Below are positions 1 through 6,799 of a stretch of DNA of 18,213 bases, in pieces. The notes beneath the pieces are model-generated. The model saw nothing but the letters and a program-made list of their open reading frames with translations. It searched no databases and was not told the origin of the DNA. The DNA lies in contig JBHIAT010000064.1 in NCBI GenBank assembly GCA_046758705.1, forward strand, positions 1 through 18,213. The letters run 5' to 3'. Source of the stretch: Candidatus Bipolaricaulia bacterium. Lineage in GTDB: Bacteria; Bipolaricaulota; Bipolaricaulia; JBHIAT01. Each line of letters opens with the position of its first letter. Position 1 is the stretch's first letter. The translations under genes and the position numbers were made by a program.

Positions 1-189
1 CATCTCGGCGCTCTTCGGAATGTTTCGGGAGGCCGGCTTGTAATCGACCGTCACCTTGAGCACCTGGCCACCCTCCATCTCCTCCAGGGCGAGCTTCGTC
101 TTGACGAACGTGTACGGGCAGACCTCACCCGTCAGGTCGATCTCCTTATCGACTTTCTGTTTCACTGCTAACGTCGCAGAATGCTGCAT
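1..189 (-). CDS. TusA/SirA-family sulfur carrier protein (5' part, runs off window edge; not in ORF track)
   Basis: Manual translation from ATG at 189: MQHSATLAVKQKVDKEIDLTGEVCPYTFVKTKLALEEMEGGQVLKVTVDYKPASRNIPKSAEM. It has the TusA D-L-x-G-x-x-C-P motif and a GGGAG SD upstream. Confidence 0.9.
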   Translation of the reverse strand, partial: MQHSATLAVKQKVDKEIDLTGEVCPYTFVKTKLALEEMEGGQVLKVTVDYKPASRNIPKSAEM

Positions 190-215
190 AATCGATCAAC
201 TCCCTGAAGCCGAGA

Positions 216-587
216 TCAGATGAATGTCACCACCGTCTCCGGGCCGACCGCTTCCTGGAGGGTCAACAGAAACCCGGTGACGTCCTCGAAGGTGACGCCC
301 TCGTCAAGCATCTCCTCAGTGATCCCTAGCGCTTCCAGCATCTGGAACGAGGGGGCACAGGCGCAGACGTGCACCCCCTGGCCCAAAGCGTCCTTGAAGT
401 ACCGATCGATGGGCGGCATTCCCTCAAGCCTGATCGCGTTGCGTCGTTCAGGATGAACCAAGTCAAGGCCATCCATGGTGGAATAGATATGGGCTTCATT
501 TCCCATCGCCGCCGCGCCCATCGCGAACGTCAGCGCCGGATAGACCCGCTTAGGGTCGTTGGAGAGTAATACGATAAACAGCTTCAT
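216..587 (-). CDS. DsrE/DsrF/DrsH-like (peroxiredoxin-like) sulfur relay protein
   Basis: 123 aa with YPALTFAMGAAAMG..IYSTMDGL and VCAC motifs, ending in VTFI, typical of DsrE-family proteins. GGAGG SD upstream. Confidence 0.85.
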   Translation of the reverse strand: MKLFIVLLSNDPKRVYPALTFAMGAAAMGNEAHIYSTMDGLDLVHPERRNAIRLEGMPPIDRYFKDALGQGVHVCACAPSFQMLEALGITEEMLDEGVTFEDVTGFLLTLQEAVGPETVVTFI

Positions 588-599
588 CAGGATCCCTCC

Positions 600-1445
600 T
601 CAGCGTTCGATCGGGACGTTTACCAGGCTGCCGTATTCGGTCCAGGAGCCGTCATAGTTACGGACCTGGGAGTAGCCAAGCAGCTCCTTCAGCACGAACC
701 AGGTATGGGACGAGCGCTCGCCGATGCGGCAGTAGGCGATGACCTCGCTCTTGGGTTTAACGTCTCCGTAGAGTGCCTTGAGCTCATCAACCGACTTGAA
801 CGTTCCGTCCTCGTTCGCCGCCTTGCTCCAGGTGATGTTCAACGCACCGGGGATGTGCCCCGGCACCTGAGCCTGCTCCTGGGACAGATGGGGCGGAGCG
901 AGCAACTCCCCACGGAACTCCTCGGGTGAACGAACATCCACGAAGGCGGCGTCGTTGCGTTCCACCCGCTCAAGCACAAGGTTTCGGAATGCCCGCAACT
1001 CAGCTCGCGGCTTCTCCGGCAGCGTGACCGGTTGATTGGCTGGCGCGACGTTCGGGACTTCGGTGACCAGCTGCCGGTTCTCCAGCTCCCACTTCTTGCG
1101 ACCACCGTTCATCAGTCGGACGTTCTCTACGCCCCAGTACTTGAGATACCAGTAGGCGTAAGCGGCGAACCAGTTGTTGTTCCCGCCGTAGAGAACCACG
1201 GTCGTCTCAGGGGAGACCCCGGACCGGGCAAGCAGCTCCTGAAGGTCCGTCCGACCGATGAAGTTTCGACGGAGGGAATCGTGCAGGTCGTCCTGCCAGT
1301 GCCAGGCGATCGCACCCGGAACGTGGCCCTTCTGATAAGCTTCGGTGTCCTCATCGACCTCGACGATCCGGACGTTCGGATCGTTCAGCTGTCCTTCAAC
1401 CCATTGGGTGTCAACTAAAGCGTTCGGATTGGCATATTCGGCCAT
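600..1445 (-). CDS. Tandem-domain rhodanese / thiosulfate sulfurtransferase (SseA/CysA-like)
   Basis: GHVPGA and GHIPGA repeats, VDVRSPEEF, active-site loop YCRIGERS and C-terminal YDGSWTEY. Strong AAGGAGG SD. Confidence 0.95.
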   Translation of the reverse strand: MAEYANPNALVDTQWVEGQLNDPNVRIVEVDEDTEAYQKGHVPGAIAWHWQDDLHDSLRRNFIGRTDLQELLARSGVSPETTVVLYGGNNNWFAAYAYWYLKYWGVENVRLMNGGRKKWELENRQLVTEVPNVAPANQPVTLPEKPRAELRAFRNLVLERVERNDAAFVDVRSPEEFRGELLAPPHLSQEQAQVPGHIPGALNITWSKAANEDGTFKSVDELKALYGDVKPKSEVIAYCRIGERSSHTWFVLKELLGYSQVRNYDGSWTEYGSLVNVPIER

Positions 1446-1491
1446 TTTTGTTTCCTCCTTCTTTCTTTTGTTGGGAATTAGATGCTTGTGG

Positions 1492-1536
1492 GTAGGAGCG
1501 TAAATGGGGTTTAGCCGTTCACCCCATTTACGCTAC
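1492..1536. repeat. Intergenic inverted repeat (14-bp perfect stem, 10-nt loop)
   Basis: AGCGTAAATGGGGT (1497-1510) pairs with ACCCCATTTACGCT (1521-1534), flanked by GTAG (1492) and CTAC (1533-1536). No U-tract on the coding strand. Confidence 0.85.
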
Positions 1537-1760
1537 TTACACTTCTTGAGGGTAAGCTTCCAACTTCCCTGGTCTTCCTGGGTCTCGACCAGTTCGTGTC
1601 CGGCGTTCTTCGCCCAGTTCGGGATGGTCTCGGTCGCCTCGAAGTTGTCGATCCACAGCTCGAGGAGGTCCCCGACTTCGAGCTCGGCCACCCGCTTCTT
1701 GGTGCTCATCAACGTGTAAGGGCAGATCTCACCGCGGATATCAAGCTGGTGCTTCGCCAT
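1533..1760 (-). CDS. TusA/SirA-family sulfur carrier protein
   Basis: Likely start is the ATG at 1760 with SD GGAGGTGA: MAKHQLDIRGEICPYTLMSTKKRVAELEVGDLLELWIDNFEATETIPNWAK..., 75 aa. The ORF-track extension to 1874 lies inside the upstream gene. Confidence 0.92.
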   Translation of the reverse strand: MAKHQLDIRGEICPYTLMSTKKRVAELEVGDLLELWIDNFEATETIPNWAKNAGHELVETQEDQGSWKLTLKKCK

Positions 1761-2589
1761 TGACTTCACCTCCATCTTCAACCGGCAGATCGTCCCGGTT
1801 GCCCCACTCACCCCATGAGGCGTCATAGACCCGAACGTTCGGGTAGCCCAACAGCCGCATGGTGAAGTAAGCATGTGCCGATCGGACGCCGGTCTGGCAG
1901 TAGTTCACCAGCGTTCGCTCCGGATCCAGTCCCGCCTCCCGATAGATCCGATCGAGTGCCTCAGGAGGCTTGAACCGGAGGTCGTCAGGGTCCAGGCTCA
2001 TCTCCCATCGGACGAGGATCGAGTCCGGGATGTGTCCGCCCCGTTTTGACAGCACGTCCTCACCGGTGTACTCTTCAGGTGAGCGATTATCGACGATCTG
2101 GACGTCGGGATCGTTCAGGTGTTCCAAGATCCACTCCCACTGCGCATGTCGCTCGGGGATCGGTTTGGCGTTGAACGATCGGGGCTCGACATCGGGGATC
2201 TCGGTTGAGATCGGTTTTTCGCTGGAAATCCATTCTTCGATGCCACCATCGAGCAGTCTGACCTGGGGATGACCGTAGTACTCGAGCGCCCAGAACAGAT
2301 AGGCGGCGTCGACCTGGCCTCGCTCCCCGTAGATGACCACCGGGGTCCGTTCGTCGATGCCGACCCTGCCGACGACCTCAGCGACCACCTCCCTGGGGGC
2401 GACAACCCGGGCCCCGTTCTGGAGCACCGTGACCTCCATGACGAACAGATTGACCGCTCCGGGGATGTGCCCGGCGATGTATTTCGGGTAGATGCGGGCG
2501 TCGACAATTCGGAGATCCGGATCGTCGAGCCGGCCCTCGAGCCAATCGGGGCTGACAAGCAGTCCGTGGTGCTCATCCATCGGGATCAT
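1741..2589 (-). CDS. Tandem-domain rhodanese / sulfurtransferase
   Basis: GHIPGA, GGHIP, VDNRSPEEY, active-site loop YCQTGVRS and YDASWGEW. Start is either 2589 (ATGA overlap with upstream stop) or 2580. Confidence 0.93.
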   Translation of the reverse strand: MIPMDEHHGLLVSPDWLEGRLDDPDLRIVDARIYPKYIAGHIPGAVNLFVMEVTVLQNGARVVAPREVVAEVVGRVGIDERTPVVIYGERGQVDAAYLFWALEYYGHPQVRLLDGGIEEWISSEKPISTEIPDVEPRSFNAKPIPERHAQWEWILEHLNDPDVQIVDNRSPEEYTGEDVLSKRGGHIPDSILVRWEMSLDPDDLRFKPPEALDRIYREAGLDPERTLVNYCQTGVRSAHAYFTMRLLGYPNVRVYDASWGEWGNRDDLPVEDGGEVNGEAPA

Positions 2590-4013
2590 TTCCCTCCAGC
2601 GTCTCTGATGCGAAAATCCTCGGGCCAATCAGCGATGTATCGCCTGGCGATCTCGGGGACAGAGAGCGTCCCCATCCCGGCTCTCTTCGCTGTCACCGTC
2701 CCGATTACCTGGGGATCGTAGTCGAGCGCTTCCAGCTCCCGTCTGACCTGCTCGATCACGCGTTCGGAAGCGATGATCGCCACCGCGCCGTTCGTCCCTG
2801 AGGTGCCGTTGGGAATGATGAACTGCTCGGTTGCAACCTGGACGGCACGCTCGTATTGAATCGGGATCTCTTCGAGATCGACATCGACGCCGGCGAGTTC
2901 GGCAATCTCCTGAAAGATCCGAATTCCGGGGCCGGAGAGATCTCCGGTGACCTTGATATGTCGATCGGGATCGAACGATTCGTCGAACGCCGGGCTGTAA
3001 CGGTTGATGAGCCGGCCGACCTCCAGGTTCGGGCGACTCATCACCTCGATGACCTGGTCTTTCATCTCCCTCAACGCTTCGGGATCGAAGCCAAGTTCTC
3101 CGAGATAGTCGGGGCCCATGATCAGTCCATCGATGTACAGGTTGATCGGTGCCAGATCACCGAGCGGCCGGTGGACCAAGATGCGGTCGCCGCGCTCCAG
3201 GTGGTCGTAGAAGGTCGGTGTCCGCTTGCCCGTCTCGCCGAAGGCGGTCACTCCGAGCAGCAGTGTCCGCTCTGAGACCGGTTCCTGCTCGACGAGTTCC
3301 ATGTCGTAGCGCTCAGCATACGCGCTCATGTTTTCCAAGAGCGCCTCACGCAACGTCGGGTCAGGAGCCGCATAGACCGGATAGAGTCGCAGGTTCTCGA
3401 CCGCCCCCAGAGAGAACAGGTCGTTGAGCGCGTTGCTGAACGCTGTCGCAATCTGTGCCTCATCCCTCAGGTCGAGCGTCGGATCGATGAGCTGGATGGT
3501 ATCGTTGTTCACCACCAGGTAGCCGGTCGGGTCTTCCCGACCATCGCCGGTCTTATAGAAGTCGAACAGGGTGAACTCATCGTCCTTGGAGTAAGCCTCG
3601 ATCGTGTGACCCTTCCCCACCGTCATCCGCACTCCCTGAGCGGCGATTTGCTCATAGAGGTTCAGCCACCTCTGCTTGAGCACCTCCGGATCATGGACGC
3701 GATAGATCGATGTCAGGGTGATCGCCCGCTCGGGGTTGAACTCTCGAAGCCCGTTGACGCTCGGCTCATTCGACCGATAGATCCGACGCATAATCTTCGG
3801 TTCCCCATATTTCAAGGAGATGTCGGCATCCTCCCGTGCCGCCAGGGCGATCCCCTTCGCCTCTAATGGGCCACGAATCTCCCTGAGCGCGGGGTAGACG
3901 ACCCGATCGAGGTCGATCTTCACCGAGCATCCGCACGCGAGCTTCCGCGGATCGATGTTCATGTCGTTAAAGTAAGCTTCAATCTCTTCCCAACTCCGCA
4001 GTTGAAGACTCAT
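2586..4013 (-). CDS. SelD-related (PurM/AIRS-fold) putative sulfur metabolism protein
   Basis: N-terminal LACGCSVKID (SelD C-x-x-K), NNDTIQLIDP, SNALNDLFSLG, GDRILVHRPLG, TGDLSGPG and GTNGAVAI align by eye with SelD motifs. 475 aa, longer than canonical SelD. GGGAGG SD. Confidence 0.8.
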   Translation of the reverse strand: MSLQLRSWEEIEAYFNDMNIDPRKLACGCSVKIDLDRVVYPALREIRGPLEAKGIALAAREDADISLKYGEPKIMRRIYRSNEPSVNGLREFNPERAITLTSIYRVHDPEVLKQRWLNLYEQIAAQGVRMTVGKGHTIEAYSKDDEFTLFDFYKTGDGREDPTGYLVVNNDTIQLIDPTLDLRDEAQIATAFSNALNDLFSLGAVENLRLYPVYAAPDPTLREALLENMSAYAERYDMELVEQEPVSERTLLLGVTAFGETGKRTPTFYDHLERGDRILVHRPLGDLAPINLYIDGLIMGPDYLGELGFDPEALREMKDQVIEVMSRPNLEVGRLINRYSPAFDESFDPDRHIKVTGDLSGPGIRIFQEIAELAGVDVDLEEIPIQYERAVQVATEQFIIPNGTSGTNGAVAIIASERVIEQVRRELEALDYDPQVIGTVTAKRAGMGTLSVPEIARRYIADWPEDFRIRDAGGK

Positions 4014-4106
4014 GAATTCCTCCCGTCTCCGTTCGTCTTGATCGCTGTACTATAGAGCGTCTGTGCCTTCTCGTCTGTAATGATGATTACATCCCGATAT
4101 CGGCGA

Positions 4107-5099
4107 TCACCATTTGAACGTGTTGGTTGACAGATACCGATCACCTCCGTCGGGAAACAGGACCACGATCGTCCGTTCCTCATTCGATTTCGATTCCGAA
4201 TACCGTTCAGCAAGGCGCAGCGCGCCGAGGAATGCAGCGCCGGCCGAGGGGCCAACGAGCAGCCCTTCCTTACGGCCGATCCGCCGCGCGGCCCACTTCG
4301 CCTCCTTATCTTCGATCTCGATGATCTCGTCGATCCACGACTCGTGGTAGATACCCGGTTTTTTATTGCCCACCGGCCGTCGCAGACCCATGATGTAATC
4401 CTTGGGCCACACCGAGATCACCTCGGTCTCGGGATGGCTCTCCTTGAGCCGGGTCGAGACGCCCATGAGCGTGCCGGTCGTTCCCGACGGAGCGACGAAC
4501 GCGTCGACGTGACCGAGCGCGTTCAGGATCTCCCTGCCGGTCGTCTCGTAGTGGGCGAACGAGTTGGCTTCGTTGAAGTGCTGAGCGATCCAGACGTAGC
4601 CGTCCCGCTCGCTCAACTCCCGAGCGGCGGCGATGGCGCCGTCGGTGCGCAACTCGCCCGGCGTTAGCCGAATCCGGGCCCCGTAGGCCCGGATCATCCG
4701 ACGGCGTTCCTCGCTCACGTTGTCAGGCATCAGGATCAATACCCGGTGGCCGAGGGTCCTGCCCACCATCGCCACCGAGATTCCGGTGTTGCCCGAGGTC
4801 GCTTCGACGATCGTTGCTCCTGGGGTCAGCTTGCCTCGTTCGATGGCGTCGGCGATCATGTAAAGGACGATCCGGTCCTTAAGCGACCCCGAAGGGTTGT
4901 ACCCCTCGAGCTTGGCGTATACGGTGACATTCTCGTAAGGGTTGAGCCTGCAGATTTTCACCACGGGTGTGTTTCCGATCAGATGCAGGACCGAGCCCTG
5001 ATGGGTTTGCAGGATCTCTGCCACCTGACGCCGCACGGCCTCGGCATGTTCGGTGGCTAAGATCGGACTCTCCAAAGAGGGGCTACTTCGTACAGACAT
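4107..5099 (-). CDS. cysM: PLP-dependent cysteine synthase family protein, CysM-like
   Basis: IGNTP, KLEGYNPSGSLKDR (PLP Lys), EATSGNTG, SGTTGT and GPSAGA motifs. The IMGLRR loop resembles CysM (GIRR) rather than CysK (QGIG). AAGGAG SD precedes the ATG at 5099. Confidence 0.85.
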   Translation of the reverse strand: MSVRSSPSLESPILATEHAEAVRRQVAEILQTHQGSVLHLIGNTPVVKICRLNPYENVTVYAKLEGYNPSGSLKDRIVLYMIADAIERGKLTPGATIVEATSGNTGISVAMVGRTLGHRVLILMPDNVSEERRRMIRAYGARIRLTPGELRTDGAIAAARELSERDGYVWIAQHFNEANSFAHYETTGREILNALGHVDAFVAPSGTTGTLMGVSTRLKESHPETEVISVWPKDYIMGLRRPVGNKKPGIYHESWIDEIIEIEDKEAKWAARRIGRKEGLLVGPSAGAAFLGALRLAERYSESKSNEERTIVVLFPDGGDRYLSTNTFKW

Positions 5100-5192
5100 T
5101 AAAACGCTCCTTACGAATAGGTTGAACAAACTAGAGGATTCCAGAGGAACGGAACCAGATGGGAATCTATCAGAATGGAGGCGAGCTTGATC

Positions 5193-5249
5193 TCAGCGCA
5201 TCGGACCCGAATCGGAGTTCGGGCGACAAACACGATCACCTCGAGTCAT
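5193..5249 (-). CDS. Putative leader peptide/uORF MTRGDRVCRPNSDSGPMR
   Basis: GGAGGTGA SD 7 nt before the ATG at 5249, TGA at 5195-5193. Lies between the promoter and the cysM-like gene. Confidence 0.4.
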   Translation of the reverse strand: MTRGDRVCRPNSDSGPMR

Positions 5250-5290
5250 CCCACACTCACCTCCGCAGGCTCACCTTGTGAGTTTAAGAT

Positions 5291-5315
5291 TAACCGGAGC
5301 ATTTTACTCCGTATT
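5291..5315. promoter_or_regulatory. Putative operator palindrome (Rrf2-family-like) downstream of the sulfur operon promoter
   Basis: TAACCGGAGCATTTTACTCCGTATT: CGGAG-N7-CTCCG with AT-rich centre and flanks, about 20 nt downstream of the -10 box. Confidence 0.5.
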
Positions 5316-5335
5316 TAGCTACAAACACTGGGGTA

Positions 5336-5364
5336 ATTGTAACAGAATGAACCGCACCTGTCAA
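5336..5364 (-). promoter_or_regulatory. Sigma70-type promoter of the sulfur operon
   Basis: TTGACA (5364-5359), 17 nt, TACAAT (5341-5336), with an extended -10 TG. Confidence 0.8.
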
Positions 5365-5423
5365 GCCCTTGGCTCTCAAAAGCTGTACAAAAGGCGCTTT
5401 CCGTCGATAACGCTCGTTAGCCT

Positions 5424-6152
5424 TTAAGCGAACCGTTTTACATATTCCTCGTGAGGGTGGACGACGATATCCTCGAAGACCATATGAGTCGGGGTTCCGG
5501 CGACATACAGCACCATCCCCGCAACGTCGTCCGGGCTCAGGAAGTTGGCGGTGTCCGGCGGATTCGGAACCAGATCCCAGAATGGGGTGTCGATCCCACC
5601 GGGACAGAGGGTATCGACACGGACCCCGTGGTGGATCGCCTCCTTTTTCAAGCTGCCGGCGAAGCCGACCAGGGCAAACTTGGTAGAAACGTAGGCACTC
5701 TCGCCCGGCAGACCGTATTTGCCGGCAACCGATGCAATGTTGATAATGTGGCCGGACCTCTGGTCCTTCATCCTCTCGTAGGCAGCCTGGGCACAGTAGA
5801 TCGCGCCCTTGAGGTTGGTGTCGAACAGCACCTCCAGATCTTCGCCCTTCACGGTTTCGATCGGACCGTAGATTCCCAGACCGGCGTTGTTGACGAGGAT
5901 GTCAATCCGCCCGTACTGCTCCACCGTCCGGGCGATCAGTGCCTCACATTGTTCTCGGCTGCGGATATCGGTCGGAACGGGGAGCGCCTCGCCTCCCTGT
6001 GAACGGACCTCGTCAGCGACCACCTCAAGCTTCTCGGCGGTTCGGCCCGCCAGGATCAACTTGGCCCCGTTGGCTCCAAGGAGCTGGGCGGTCGAGCGAC
6101 CGACCCCGCTGCCCGCGCCGGTGATTACGACTGCTTTGTCTGCAACATTCAT
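5424..6152 (-). CDS. Short-chain dehydrogenase/reductase (SDR) family oxidoreductase
   Basis: TGAGSGVG, NNAG, ASVAG and YVSTK (YxxxK) motifs. ATGA overlap with the upstream gene. Confidence 0.95.
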   Translation of the reverse strand: MNVADKAVVITGAGSGVGRSTAQLLGANGAKLILAGRTAEKLEVVADEVRSQGGEALPVPTDIRSREQCEALIARTVEQYGRIDILVNNAGLGIYGPIETVKGEDLEVLFDTNLKGAIYCAQAAYERMKDQRSGHIINIASVAGKYGLPGESAYVSTKFALVGFAGSLKKEAIHHGVRVDTLCPGGIDTPFWDLVPNPPDTANFLSPDDVAGMVLYVAGTPTHMVFEDIVVHPHEEYVKRFA

Positions 6153-6793
6153 CTCGATGCCTCCTTTCTGGTACTTTGTATCCCAGGTTCAGGGGTATAG
6201 GTGGGTCGCTCCATCGAGAAGACCTCCTGCACCCGGCAGTAGAGGTTCCCTCCCAGTCGGCCGATCGGTTGCAATCGCTCGATGTCGACGACGCCATCTT
6301 GAAGCAGGTCGTCGCGAACGTGAAGTTGGATCACCTCGCCGATGATCACCGTGCTCGCCCGGCTCACCTCGGTGAGGTGAGTCAGCTTGCATTCCATTTG
6401 GATCGGTGCCTCCCCGATCCGTGGTACCTGAACCATCACGCTCTGCCTCGCGGTCAGCCCCGCCTCGGTGAACTCGCTGAGCCCGCTGGGAAAGTCCGTG
6501 GCCGCCTGATTCATCCGATCTGCCAGCGCCTCATCGATGACGTTCACCACGAACTCTCTGGACCGTTCGATATTCTTAAGCGTGTCCTTCTTCTCACCGC
6601 CCCGCCGATGGCTGACCGAGATCATCACCATCGGTGGGTTCGTCGAAACGCCATTGAAAAAGCTGAACGGGGCCGCGTTGGGTACACCGTCCTCACCGAC
6701 GGTGGAGACGAACCCGATCGGACGGGGAACGATACAACCGATCAGCAACCGATGTGACTGCACAGGGTTCAACGTCTTGGGATCGATCTGCAT
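6149..6793 (-). CDS. Flavin reductase-like (DIM6/NTAB family) FMN-binding protein
   Basis: IVPRPIGFVST..G..NAAPFSFFN, KKDTLKNIE..REFVVN and PIGRLGG motifs. Confidence 0.92.
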   Translation of the reverse strand: MQIDPKTLNPVQSHRLLIGCIVPRPIGFVSTVGEDGVPNAAPFSFFNGVSTNPPMVMISVSHRRGGEKKDTLKNIERSREFVVNVIDEALADRMNQAATDFPSGLSEFTEAGLTARQSVMVQVPRIGEAPIQMECKLTHLTEVSRASTVIIGEVIQLHVRDDLLQDGVVDIERLQPIGRLGGNLYCRVQEVFSMERPTYTPEPGIQSTRKEASR

Positions 6794-6799
6794 GTCGGA

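Noticed and set aside
2586-4013. Calling the gene canonical selD / a selenocysteine system
   Set aside because: It is too long, the motifs are diverged, and there is no Sec machinery, tRNA-Sec or in-frame UGA in neighbouring genes. Their TGA stops fall at normal family C-termini.
5100-5129. ORF-track TTG start of cysM at 5129, and the extended starts at 1874 and 2628
   Set aside because: Better SD-supported ATGs exist at 5099, 1760 and 2589/2580. The 1874 and 2628 extensions overlap upstream genes.
5100-5335. SAM-I riboswitch or T-box in the cys leader
   Set aside because: No recognisable SAM-I core, T-box motif or terminator U-tract.
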